DNA from: Octopus vulgaris
Taxonomy: Eukaryota
Direction: 5' to 3'
NCBI GenBank assembly: GCA_951406725.2
Contig: OX597828.1
Location: 71,176,001 to 71,240,000 of the forward strand
Length of the DNA: 64,000 bases
This document shows, piece by piece, positions 24,108 to 38,293 of the stretch; positions within the stretch are counted from its first letter, which is position 1; each line of letters starts with the position of its first letter. Position numbers and translations under genes: made by a program. The notes under the pieces are model-generated. The model was not told where the DNA came from. It saw nothing but the letters and a program-made list of their open reading frames with translations, and searched no databases.

Positions 24108-25187
24108 AATCCTCTCTATCATAAGCACAAAGCCTGAAATTTGGTGGAGGAGGGGGGGTTAGCTGATTACTTTGCCCCCAGCATTCAACTGGTACTTATT
24201 TCATCCACCTCCAAAAGGATTAAAGGTTAAGTAGACCTCAGCAGAATGTGAATTGAGACAAGATGTTACCAAGCATTTCACCCGGCATGATAATGATTCT
24301 GCCAGCTCACCACCTTAAAAATAATAATAATAATAATCCTTTCTACTCGAGGCACAAAGCCTCAAATTTGTGGGGAATGGGACAGTTGATTATATCAACC
24401 CCAGTGTTTCACTGGTACTTAATTTATCAACCCTGAAAAAAATGAAAGGCAAAGTTGACCTCGGCAGAATTTGAACTCAGAACATAGTGACAGGTGAAAT
24501 AATAATAATGATGATAATGATTTCAAATTTTGGCACAAAGCCGGTAGTCTCATGAGATGGAAATTAGTTGATTATATCGACCCCAGTATTTGACAGGTAC
24601 TTTATTTTATCCTGAAAGGATGAAAGGCCAAGTTGACTTCAACAAGATTTGAACTCAGAACGTAAAGAGCTGGAGCAAATACTGCAAAGCATTTTTTCCT
24701 GGTACTCTAATAATTCTGCCAGCTTACTGCCTCAACAATACTAATTATAATTTTGGAATGAGGCTAGCAATTTTGAGGCAGTGGAGGGGGGGCAAGTCAG
24801 TTCCATCAACTCCTAGTACTTGAGCGGTACTTTATTTTATTACTTTGAAAGAATGAAATGCAAAGATCATACTGGTGAGATTTGAACTTGGATATGTAAA
24901 GAACCAGAAAAAATGCTGTGAAGCATTTTGTCTGACACACTTGTGACTCTGCTAGTTTGCTATCTTAGTAATCTTTTCTGCTATAGGCACAAGACCTGAA
25001 ATTTTCAGGCGAGGGGTTTAGTCGATTCTATCAACCCCAGTACACAACTGTTACTTATTTTATTGACCCCGAAAGGATGAAATACAAAGCTGATCTCGGC
25101 AAAATTTGAACTCAGAATGTAACGGCAGATGAAATACTGCTAAGCATTTCACCAAGCATGCTAACGATTCTGCCAGCTTGCCGCCCT
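24108..25187 (-). mobile_element. Array of five same-orientation SINE family B copies with AAT-rich spacers
   Basis: Copies at about 24108-24316, 24336-24500, 24520-24733, 24750-24965 and 24971-25187. Confidence 0.8.
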
Positions 25188-25316
25188 TGGGTATGTTGAA
25201 GTGGATGGGTGGGGCAGTGAGATAACATAATTAACACACTAAAATAAACTTAAAGGTGGAATTTGAACTCAGAAGGAAGTGGCCTGTCCATTTGGTACAA
25301 AACAAAAGAAAGGAAA

Positions 25317-25545
25317 AAAGAAAAAGGAGTCAACAAGGTAGATATATACCAGGACCTGAAGCGAGAGATAAGCAGATTGTAGGGGTCGCAGAAAATGTGA
25401 GGTTGTCAAAGAAATCTTAAGAAGGATGGAAAAGAGGCTCAAGAAATTGGCAGAAAAGATTGGTTTGCAGAAACAGATAGAATACATGCAACTGGTCTGC
25501 TTGTTAGGAACGGCAAAGATCATTTGAAAGTTCTAAGATGGCTGT
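25317..25545 (+). mobile_element. R4/Dong-like (restriction-like endonuclease) LINE C-terminal relic
   Basis: KVDIYQDLKREISRL* followed after an indel by KKLAEKIGLQKQIEYMQLVCLLGTAKII*K, resembling the KYxDL..EI..LW...LQK..LLGTA.ILRK end of RLE-type ORFs. Confidence 0.7.
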
Positions 25546-25802
25546 GATGACAGGTGGTGACTTGTTAATCCAAGTGTAAACCCACCTAAATTCCATCATA
25601 GGGTTGAGATACAAAAAATGTTGAAATCGTGGCTGCGTGGTAAGTTTGGAAGTTTGCTTCACAATCACATGGTTCTAGGTTCAATCCCATTGCAGGGCAC
25701 CCTGGCCAAATGTCTTCTACTATAGCCTCCAGTCAACAAAACCCTAGCAAGTGGAGTTAGTAGTTGGAAACTGAAAGAAGCTCGTCTCGACTGACTGACT
25801 TG

Positions 25803-26001
25803 ACTGGCTTCTGTGCCGGTGGCACGTAAAATGCAGCCACTACACTCACGGAGTGGTTGGCGTTAGGAAGGGCATCCAGCTGTAGAAACACTACCAGATC
25901 AGACTGGAACCTGGTGCAGCTTCCTGGCTTCCCAGACCCCAGTCAAACCGTCCAACCCATGCTAGCACGGAAAACAGACGTTAAACGATGATGATGATGA
26001 T
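25803..26001 (+). mobile_element. RTE 3'UTR copy inside a split SINE A (head 25627-25785, tail 26150-26350)
   Basis: GGTTGGCGTTAGGAAGGGCATCCAGC...GACGTTAAAC(GAT)n. Confidence 0.8.
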
Positions 26002-26380
26002 ATATATATATATATATATATATATATTCTCTTCTGGTCATTTCAATATGTGAGTGCATGTGTATCGTTGGCGATTTTCTTTCTCCATCTTCCTTTCTTT
26101 GGACTTTTTCTATATTTCTGATAAAATATATATAAATATGAGGGCGGGTGTCTTTGTGTCTGACCCCAGCAGCACTTGACAACCGCTGTTGATATGTTTA
26201 CATCCCTGTAACTTTGTGGTTCGGCATCAGAGACTAATACAATAAGTACCAGGCTTAAAGAATAAGAACTGGGGTTAATTCGTTCAACTAGAATTCTTTC
26301 AGACCGTACCTCAGCACGACTCCAGTCTAACGAGTGAAACAAGCAAATGATAGAAAGGTAACGGAATAATAATAATAATA

Positions 26381-27406
26381 AATGCCCTGATGCAGTACCA
26401 GGCATTGGCTCTCATGGTTTCTGATCTTAACTGATTAGAAGTGCTATCATGTACATTGTTTTGTCTTAGTATAAAAGATGGGCTACAACAAATATTCTGC
26501 TCAATACCACAAATTTGCTTGTCAGTTGTTTGACCATAACCAGTTGAGCATGTCCCTTAGTGGTTGACGATATGTGCATCTCTAATCACAAGCAGAAGTA
26601 GTGGGGGAGCATCATAGCCATGTGTTGAGAGGGATTCTTTGGGGGTTTGGATAATTCACCTCTGGAAACATGGGTGGTTCGTTCAACATCTCTAAACAAC
26701 CCTTATTCAGGGACCGTTTGAGCGGGATGGATTACTGGACCAGAAGAAAATTCTAACTGGGCCCCACCTGCAAGGTCATGTGCTGTTTATCTTGATATGA
26801 GATTACTATGTCGCACACGTGGTTGTGATACATGTGCCTGGTGTACCCTTATCAGACAGGTAGTCATGATGGGTATACTGAGCTTCGTATAATTGTACCC
26901 TAGTGTCACTTTGAGTGCATACACTGCTCTTTCATTCAATAATAATAATAATAATAATAGCAGTGGCTCTCATAGTTTCTGATCTTAACTGATTAGAAGT
27001 GCTATCATGTACATTGTTTCGTCTTGTTATAAAAGATGGCCTACAGCAAATATTCTGCTCAATACCACAGATTTGCTTGTCAGTTGTTTGACCTTAACCA
27101 GTTGAGCATGTCCCTTGGTGGCTGACGATATGTGCATCTCTGATCACGAGCAGAAGTAGTGGGGGAGCATCACAGCCATGTGTTGAGAGGGATTCTTTGG
27201 GGTTTGAATAATTCACCTCTGGAAACATGGGCGGTTCATTCAACATCTCTAAACAAACCTTATTGAGGAACCTTTTGAGCGGGATGGATTACTGGACCAG
27301 AAGAAAATTCTAACTGGACCCCACCTGCAAGGTCATTCACTGTTTATCTTGATATGAGATTACTATGTCGCACACGTGGTTGTGATACATGTGCCTGGTG
27401 TACCCT
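26381..27406. mobile_element. Two tandem copies of unclassified family G (26381-26937 and 26960-27406), with (AAT)n before and between them
   Basis: Highly similar direct repeats starting GCA(T/G)TGGCTCTCAT..TTTCTGATCTTAACTGATTAGAAGTGCTATC. Confidence 0.85.
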
Positions 27407-29082
27407 TTCCACTAAAAATTGCTGGCCCAAATAGATTAGTTTTCTAAAGAAACTGAAATCAAATTCACACTTCAACACCTGTCCTGATAACAACTGAATT
27501 AGTTGTTCAGTTACTTAGGAACACTCTGCAGGTCAAATGTGTTTTTGTGCTGGTCTACGACACCCTCAACAATACACCTATTCAATGGATGATTGAATGG
27601 AGCAGAGTGTAGCAACCAAGGTATGCTGTTTCTATCTTACAGTGCTAAATCTGTTGATATACAATTAAAGGCTCTGATAATACCAAGGTAATAAAAAGGG
27701 TAAGGTAGATTTCATTTGGGTCTATCAAAGGGGACTGGAAACTCAGGTGTGGGGAGAATCGTATTGCAATTATTTTAATGCCATCGTTAGTATGCCAGGC
27801 AAAATGTGCAGTGGCATTTCATCTCGTAACAATCTGAGTTCAAATTCCGCCAAGGTTGACTTTGCCTTTCATCTGTCCATGGATGATAAAATAAGTACCA
27901 GTTGAACACTGGGGGGGAGGGGGACGTAATTAACTTACCCCTCCCCTAAAATTACTGGCCTTGTGCCAAAATTTGAAACTAGTTACTCTGATGTCATCTC
28001 AGGTTTTGTGTTCTTATTTTTATTCTAGTTCAAACCTTTGTGAATTGTGGCCATGCTGCAGTAGCGTATCACCTTACATGTGTCTGGATCAGACACAGGA
28101 CATAATAATTAGAGGTCCTCATTGACTGTCTATCTCAGGTAGTTGTCTATAGATTCAGAGTTGCAATACCTGTAGCTTTATATGAACTTTATAAAAAAAA
28201 CCAAAAAACTACATATTCATCACAAAAATATCTTTTGCACTTATTCAACTTCATGGTTTCTGGCTAACCCCTCGACTTTGTCTAATTTGATTATTACAGT
28301 CTAATTAGTAAGACTATTATTAGCCCAGATCACAGATATCCTATTACACTTCATCCAGAATACTTTAAGCTACATCTAACCAAAGTTGGAATTCAAGAAG
28401 GGCAAGAGCTGACTTTATATACACCCCAACATCTGTGAATCCATGTGGAGTGTAAGTGTAGCAATTCAACAGGGCTTTTGACAGAAGTAATAGCTTAATG
28501 GTGCATATTGCCTTGTTCAATTATGCCATTTTACATACAGACATACATATTTATGTGTGTTAAACTAAAAGACATTTCTTCTCAGGCCCCCTACTGAACA
28601 CCTACTCTAATCTAATTAACAAACTATCAAAGGTGTCTCTGTCTAGTTGCTCGACATGCTAGAAATAGCAACCAAATTTACCTCAAATCACACCTGCCGT
28701 TTTAAAACGCATATTGTATAGTTCTGGGTCGCCTGCATATAGGAAAAGGTGGGGTGGTCACGAGTAGGATGCCTTTGACTCCCTCCCTCCCATAGGTTTA
28801 CTAGATGAGGGGTTAACGACAAGAGCAACTACAAAAACTGAACAGGTAAAGTACATTTGATTGCGGCACCCACCCCCACGCGCACGTCATTCGTGCTTCC
28901 CACCCCCTCCTAGTGCATGACTTTTTTTTTTTGATAAACACAATAACGTAGTTACACTACATGCCAAACAGATAAAATTACATCAGAAAATTATATAACG
29001 GAACAGCACTAACAATAAAAGGCCTAAAATAAATACATGACTTCATGTAATTTAGTGACCACATTTATAAATTAAATATTTC

Positions 29083-29124
<42 letters not shown>

Positions 29125-29127
29125 TAG

Positions 29128-29178
<51 letters not shown>

Positions 29179-30304
29179 TGCAATTATTTCAATCAAGCAG
29201 CCAGGTGTGTACTCTAATACACTAGGTTTCGGCAAATATCATCCCTTCCATGACTGCTATTTTTAGATAGTTAAAACAGCCAAAGTAAAGATGTTGTTTA
29301 AAGTATCTGGCAGTTAAACAACTTTTAACTCTTGAGTAACCGACACACAGACACTCTTGCAAGAATTATCCGTCCAGGTTTCAAAGTCAGGGTCTAGTGC
29401 ACATCTCTAATGAAATACCATCGGAAATCTTTCAAATTTTCGTAATGTTTTTTATTAAATTTTTATCATTATCATTAAAGCCAAGTAAATTTAGGACATA
29501 TTATTGTTATCCTTATCATTATTACACCCGTCACATGAAATGGGTGTAATAGTAGAAATTTGTCGGTTATAAATTATATTTTTGGGATAAAAATTCTTTA
29601 CCTTCCCTGTGAAGCAGTGAGAGATATTCCAAAAGTCTGCCTCTCAAGAATTACGCCAACTTCGTGTGGCAGGTAAAATTTTTAAAAATTACTGTATTTA
29701 ATTCAAATATTTTTTAGTAAATATTTTAAAATATTAAATGTGTTTGTGCGTATAAGTGTGTGTTTTTATTTGGTTCCAAATGAAAATTCCTTAACGTGGA
29801 GTCTTGGTGATGCTCGACAAAACTTGCTATTGAGAATATTCCGGCGATAATTGACCGATTCTTCTGTATGATACTGTAATATGGATATTTAAATTATATT
29901 TGTAAACTGTGTGGGAGGCTTTCAACTACAAAACTGCTTTGCAAGTAAGCAAAACACAAACATAGTAGAGTAATAATATAGTTTGTAAACAAATACCTGT
30001 TAATTACAGCAAAGAGTCAAGACATTTATAGGTAAGTCATTGTTTAATGTTGTTAATTAGGGATAAGAATGAAGATCGGCGACACATAACTGAATTGGGG
30101 TCGTGGACAATGTACCATCGATCTCACAGGATCCATGAACGACAGGGGTACACACACACACACACACACAAAGAAGGACCACGGCCAAAAGTCATGAAAT
30201 TAAAATCGTTTTAATTACTTTTTTAAATATTTTTCTTTACAGTGAGTTTCCCCTCAACACCTAGCGTGCATTTATTTCCAGTTTTTATTTTTACTTATGA
30301 TTTG

Positions 30305-30424
<120 letters not shown>

Positions 30425-30576
30425 GTCGTCTAAGGGTCCATAAGTCAGGAAAAAAATGCACCCGTATATCTGTCAATAGAGTGTGTATACTAATCGAAGT
30501 GTACAGCATTATATATCCGTTAGAATCGATCTTACCGATCGGCTTCGCGCTCAAGACTCAACGGAGTAACAGTCCG

Positions 30577-30624
<48 letters not shown>

Positions 30625-31359
30625 GCGATGGTATTGTAAATTCAAAAGAAAGAGATGAAGGTTATTAAATATTGTAACACCTGGACCAGTTGTTAAACTG
30701 TTTTGTGAATAAAAGAAGGGTGAAGAATAAAGGTTGCTGAAGTCCTTGTCGAAATTTTTATCAATATTATAAGAATCGTTATCATTATTGTTGTTGACAT
30801 TGGTATTGTACTGTGACCCCTAAGTTCTAAGGGATAAAAAGTCAATGAAGCAGGTTTAGCTAAAGGTGAGCGCTAAAAAATAACGGATCTCTCTGTGTAT
30901 TATTCGTGTTTCTTCATCAGCTACAAAAGCGAAGAAGAACTGCTTCACCTGAAAAACTGGAAGGGTGACATTTACTGCTTTTGTGATGAACGATTCGTGA
31001 CCCAAGTTGACAATTAAACTAATGTGAAACAACTATTGACATTTATGTATTTATTTATTCAATGGTTAGACATATTAGAATGGTTGTAGCGTTGATGAAG
31101 AATATTCTACAGTCCATCTTCTTCTTCTTCTATAAACGACCCATCCACAAAAGAAGATCAATTTCCTAAAACTCACAACCGTTTCTCTCTTAATATATCG
31201 ATAACTTCCCCAAGGGGCAGATTTGTACGTAGATATTATTAGATGAGCTTTATATGTAGATATTATAAGAGAAGGTTGGAGTGACTAATGGTTTGTAGTT
31301 TAATTAGTAGAGTTAATTAGTGTTAATTATTAGTAAGTTATGTAAATGCTGTTCCTTAC

Positions 31360-31436
31360 TTTATAAGTAACTCTAAAAAGACCACATTGCTGCAACAGCC
31401 GACAAAGACCATCAATATAGGAAAGCCTGGATGCAT
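31360..31436 (-). CDS. SLC35B4: SLC35B4 coding exon 1 (start codon)
   Basis: catcATG CAT CCA...TTA CTT ATA AA|GTAAGG, 77 nt; MHPGFPILMVFVGCCSNVVFLELLI matches recalled human MRPALAVGLVFAGCCSNVIFLELLA (GCCSNV motif). Confidence 0.96.
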
Positions 31437-32400
31437 GATGAATTCCCTCAGTTTGGCTTCTCCAACAAGTGAGTGTCCCTAGATTATAAACAAACTGGTT
31501 TCGGGTTAATTTAATAAAGAGAGACGACGACCATGTGTCATCTTGGTCGTCTGCAATGACTGATTCGCACAAGAAAGCCACATGCCGCTTACACCATTAC
31601 AAACATACAGCTCTATAATAAGATATCACCTTCTAATACATCAGTTACTTATCATAAAATAATACCGAGAGATACTATAAAAATGTAAAATTTTATTATT
31701 CTAATTTTACATCTATCTGAAAAAAAATTTTTTAATGTATTGAAAAAATTAAAAGAGAATATAAAAAGAAAAAAGAAATCAATATTTGTCGGCGACAGAA
31801 GGGGTCTGCTTAACTGTTGGATTTTGGGAAGGACAACAAAGAAGATGGCAGGATAGTGGAAACATTCACATTTCTTTCTCTCTCTCTCTTTCTTTCTCTC
31901 TGCTCTCTTCCTACTTTCTACAGATATTTTCACTGGATGCTCTCACTTTATAATTACTCATCAAAGGTAATCCGTTTCCGTCTTCCTATTTCGAACAATT
32001 ACAAGATCTAGCAACATAACCGTTGCTATATCTACTCCGCTTCTCTCTCTCTCTCCTAATATCACTCTGTCTAGCTACACACACCACACACACACATATA
32101 CATACATATATATATACGTGCGGGTGTGTATACACGCGCACGTTTATCTTTTATCATACACACTACTTTCAACTCAACCGTACATTCAACTCACATTTCC
32201 TCTCCTCAATAGATTCCTACCCACCACACGAATATATTTTTTGTTGTTCATCAGAGGAGAGAGACTGGGTCCATTCCTTAGCAGCCTGCTTTTTTCTTTT
32301 TTAATTATTTCCTTAATTACCTCCAATTTATTATTCAGTCGGAGGATTATTCCTGCTTCTCCCCGGCAAATTCTTTACTCTAGGAATTTATATGGAATTT
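31437..32400. promoter_or_regulatory. Putative SLC35B4 5'UTR and promoter, possibly bidirectional
   Basis: Immediately upstream of the ATG, free of SINEs, visibly more CpG than the introns; YY1-like AAGATGGC at about 31842. The TSS cannot be determined from sequence. Confidence 0.5.
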
Positions 32401-32462
32401 AAAAAAGAAATACATAGGTAAATGCTTATTTTTTCTTTTTCTTTATTTTGGAATAGCCCAGC

Positions 32463-32518
<56 letters not shown>

Positions 32519-32799
32519 CAAGCACTATTCGCAACGTGTGTGTATATATACTCACACACCTCCCATTCTAAATCCCTATAATAACCTTATATTTTCCTTC
32601 CTGGCCGATTGATTCTTTTACTTTTTCTCTCTTTAAGCGATTCTCTTAATCTTTTTCAATTTCAGCTTCACTCAATTTCGAAATATTCATTTAAATTCCG
32701 TTTATTATTATTATTATTATTGCCAAAACACAAAGTATGTAAAAGCACTGCAACAGTGCTGTGGCTTTTCCTTTATCAGATACGTTTACTGGAATTATA

Positions 32800-33156
32800 C
32801 GTGTATATATTCTGTGGGTGTGTATATATAAATATGTATGTATATATATGTAAGTATATGTGTGTATATATGTATGTATGTATATCTGTATGTGTATGTA
32901 TATATGTGTATGTATGTATATATATATAAGTGTATGTGGATATATATGTGTGTATATATATGTGTGTGTATATATATATGTGTGTGTATATATATATGTG
33001 TGTGTATATATATATATATATCTATATATATATGTGTGTGTGTATATATATGTGTGTATATATATATGTGTGTGTGTGTGTATATATATGTGTGTATATA
33101 TATATGTGTGTGTGTGTGTGTATATATATGTGTGTATATATATATATGTGTGTGTG

Positions 33157-33193
<37 letters not shown>

Positions 33194-36100
33194 AAGTGTA
33201 TTTATATATATGTATATGTGTATATATATATGTGTGTGTGTGTAAGTGTATTTATATATATGTATGTGTATATATGTGTGTATGTGTATATATATATGTG
33301 TATATATATGTGTGTATGTGTATATATATATGTGTATATATATGTGTGTATGTGTATATATATATGTGTATATATATATGTGTATATATATGTGTGTATG
33401 TGTATATATGTGTGTATGTGTATATATATGTGTGTATGTGTATGTATGTGTGTATATATATGTGTGTGTGTATATATATATGTGTGTGTATATATATGTG
33501 TGTGTATATATATGTGTGTGTATATATATGTGTGTGTATATATATATGTGTATATATATGTGTATATATATGTGTATATATATGTGTATATATATGTGTA
33601 TATGTATATGTGTATATATGTGTGTGTATATATGTGTGTATATATATGTGTGTATATATATGTGTGTATATATATGTGTGTATATATGTGTGTATATATA
33701 TGTGTGTGTATATATATGTGTGTGTATATATATGTGTGTATGTATATGTGTGTATATATATGTGTGTATATATATATGTGTGTATATATATGTGTGCATA
33801 TATATGTGTGTATATATATGTGTGTATATATATATATGTGTGTATATATATATGTGTGTATATATATGTGTGTGTATATATATGTGTGTATATATATATG
33901 TGTGTATATATATATGTGTGTATATATATATGTGTGTATATATATGTGTATATATATGTATATATATATATATGTATATATATATGTGTGTGTGTATATA
34001 TGTGTGTGTGTATATATGTGTATATATATATTTATATGTGTATATATATTTATATGTGTATATATATATATATATATGTGTGTGTATATATGTGTGTGTG
34101 TATATATATATATGTGTGTGTGTATGTATATGTGTGTGTATATATATGTGTATATGTGTGTGTGTGTATATGTGTATATGTGTGTGTGTGTATGTGTGTA
34201 TATGTGTGTGTGTATATATATGTGTATATGTGTGTGTGTATATATATGTGTATATGTGTGTGTATATATATGTGTATATGTGTGTATATATATGTGTATA
34301 TGTGTGTGTGTATATGTGTGTATATGTGTGTGTATATATGTGTATGTGTGTGTGTATATATGTGTATATGTGTGTATATATGTGTATATGTGTGTGTATA
34401 TATGTGTGTATATATGTGTGTATATATGTGTGTATATATGTGTGTATATATGTGTGTATATATATGTGTGTATATATATATGTGTGTATATATATATATG
34501 TGTATATATATATGTGTATATATATATATGTGTATATATATGTGTGTATATATATATGTGAATGTATGTATATGTGTGTATATATATATGTGAATGTATG
34601 TATATGTATATATATATATATGTGAATGTATGTGTATATATATATGTGAATGTATGTGTATATATATGTGAATGTATGTGTATATATATGTGAATGTATG
34701 TGTATATATATATGTGAATGTATGTGTATATATATATGTGAATGTATGTATATATATATGTGAATGTATGTATATATATATGTGTATGTATGTATATATA
34801 TATGTGTGTATGTATATGTATATGTGTATGTATGTATGTATATATATGTGTATGTATGTATGTATATATATGTATATATATGTGTATGTATGTATATATA
34901 TATGTATGTATATATATGTGTATGTATGTATATATATGTGTATGTATGTATATATATGTGTATGTATGTATATATATATGTGTATGTATGTATATATATG
35001 TGTATGTATGTATATATATGTGTATGTGTGTATATATGTGTATGTATATATATATGTGTATGTATGTATATATGTGCATGTATGTATATATGTGCATGTA
35101 TGTATGTATATATGTGCATGTATGTATATATATATGTGCATGTATGTATATATATATGTGTATGTATATATATATATATATGTGTATGTATGTATGTATA
35201 TATATATATATGTGTATGTATATATATATATATGTGTATGTATATATATATATATGTGTATGTATATATATATATATGTGTATGTATATATATATATATG
35301 TGTATGTATGTATATATATATGTGTATGTATATATATATATATGTGTATGTATGTATATATATATGTGTATGTATATATATGTGTATGTATATATATATA
35401 TATGTGTATGTATATATATATATATGTGTATGTATGTATATATATATGTGTATGTATGTATATATATATGTGTATGTATGTATGTATATATGTGTATGTA
35501 TGTATATATATATGTGTATGTATGTATATATATATGTGTATGTATATATATATATATGTGTATGTATGTATATATATATATGTGTATGTATGTATATATA
35601 TATATGTGTATGTATGTATATATATATATGTGTATGTATGTATATATATATGTGTATGTATGTATATATATATGTGTATGTATGTATATATATATATGTG
35701 TATGTATGTATATATATATATGTGTATGTATGTATATATATATGTGTATGTATGTGTATATATGTGTATGTATGTGTATATATATGTGTGTATGTATATA
35801 TATATATGTGTATATGTATGTATGTATATGTGTGTATGTATATGTGTGTATGTATATATGTATGTGTCTATGTATATGTATGTATATATGTATATGTATG
35901 TATATGTATGTACATATGTATATATGTGTGTATGTATGTATATATGTATATATATATATATGTGTGTGTATGTATGTATATATGTATATATATATATGTG
36001 TGTGTATGTATGTATATATGTATATATATATATATGTGTGTATGTATGTATATATGTATATATATATGTGTGTATGTATGTATATATGTATATATATATG

Positions 36101-37112
36101 TGTGTATGTATGTATATATGTATATATATATGTGTGTATGTATGTATATATGTATATATATATGTGTGTATGTATGTATATATGTATATATATATGTGTG
36201 TATGTATGTATATATGTATATATATGTGTGTATATATATATATGTGTGTATGTATGTATATATGTATATATATATATGTGTGTATGTATGTATATATGTA
36301 TATATATATATATGTGTGTATGTATGTATATATGTATATATATATATATGTGTGTATGTATGTATATATGTATATATATATATGTGTGTATGTATGTATA
36401 TATGTATATATATATATGTGTGTATGTATGTATATATGTATATATATATATGTGTGTATGTATGTATATATGTATATATATGTGTGTGTGTGTATGTATA
36501 TATATGTGTGTGTATGTATATTTATGTGTGTATGTATATATGTATATATATGGTTGTATGCATATATGTACATGGATGTATATATGTTTGTATGTATATA
36601 TGTGTGTATGTATATATATATGTGTATGTATATATGTATATAGATGTGTATGTATATATGTATATAGATGTGTATGTATATATATATATATATATATATG
36701 TGTATGTATATATATATGTGTATGTATATATATATATATAGATGTGTATGTATATATGTATATATATGTGTGTATGTATATATGTGTGTATGTCTATGTA
36801 TATATGAATGGATGTATGTATATATGTGGATGGATGTATGTATATATGTATGTATGTATATATGTATGTATGTATGTATGTATATATGTATGTATGTATG
36901 TATATATGTATGTATGTATGTATGTATGTGTATATGTATGTATGTGTATATGTATGTATGTATGTATGTGTATATGTATGTATATATGCATGTATAAATA
37001 TATATATATATATATATGTATATTTGTGTGTGTGCGTATATAGATATATGTATGTACGTATATATGTTTACAAGTGTGTGCCTATATATGTATGTATGTA
37101 TGTATGTGTGTA
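32800..37112. repeat. ~4.3-kb compound (TA/TG)n alternating purine-pyrimidine array
   Basis: Almost uninterrupted RY alternation with very few C on the plus strand; sub-domains include TGTGAATGTATG (about 34558-34770) and TGTGTATGTATGTATATA. Confidence 0.98.
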
Positions 37113-38254
37113 GTGGTGTGCTTGTGCGATAACGGTGCCCTATTTCCGAATCAATGGAACTACCTTTTGGTTAAGTCTCTGGAATCGGTCATGTTACCAT
37201 TCTGCCGTGAATGTGTCAGAAGACTGTGATGGAATTAAAGAAGAACGGTAAATTCCAAGATAATAATTATTTATTGTTTCTGTCTCAATCATCGGTTTTT
37301 CGGTTTTCGCAAGAATTATTTGGTCTCTTCTCTTTTAAAGGAAATTCCAAGACGAAGAAGAAAAAAACCCAAAATAATTCTAATTATTTTTATCGTATTT
37401 CTCACATAAATATATTCTAATTTTTTTCCTTCTCTCCGATCTGACCGTTCTGTTATTTGTCTGGATGCTACTTTTTAAATTTATTTTTAGATTATGTATA
37501 CATACAGTTAGTGTGTGTATATATTACAAATAGGGTACCTACACATGTGCTTGTCTTATATTTAAAAGATTGAGAAAAATGTTTATATATATATATATAT
37601 ATATGTGTGTGTATATATACATACATACATGAATATTCACTATCTTTCAGTTTTGTTTTTCAATGTATGTATCTACACACACACACACATAATAGTGTTA
37701 CAAAAAAGATGTAAAAATTTTTTGTGTATATTCACATGAGTATATAGTTAAAATTCAGTCTTTGTTAGTTTATGTGTGTATATATTTAACCAACTGTTAC
37801 GTTATATCTCTGAACAGATAAATATTCAACACCCACGCTGACTACTTTCTCTAGATGAATGCACATATATATATATATATACACACTCACTTATCTACAC
37901 AGACACACGAGATCGTTTTGAAAACTATTTACAGTGATTTTTCTACTAGTTTAATTAAAATTTATACATTTGTTAGTTTCTACATTTCTGCTAAGTTCTT
38001 GTCTCAGATAATTTACACTGAATGGTAACTTCCACCGTAGGGGATGGTGTGTGTGTGTGTATGTATGTATGTATATGGCAAAAACATTCCATCTGGTATT
38101 CTATACCTCAGTTTATCTTTGTTTTACATTCTTGTTTGTTTTATTAGTGTTGGTGTTTAAGATCTCTTTTGTGGTAGGGGCCAGAGTTTGTGAGGGGTGT
38201 ACTATGACCGGGCGAGTTTGCTTCTGTAATCAACACACACACACATACATATAC

Positions 38255-38293
<39 letters not shown>

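Noticed and set aside
26381-26405. CCTGATGCAG as a hammerhead core in family G
   Set aside because: Not CUGANGA, and no downstream GAAA or helix I partner
30860-30950. Possible minus-strand cassette exon after tttttcAG
   Set aside because: No SLC35B4 similarity and no convincing donor; exons 1 and 2 already join in frame
31330-31581. 83-aa minus-strand ORF
   Set aside because: Wrong frame; the SLC35B4 frame starts at the ATG at 31436 and exits through the donor at 31359
32795-37113. ORFs of up to 1123 aa (YIHT/VCMY-rich)
   Set aside because: Translations of the (TA/TG)n array; RY alternation excludes stop codons
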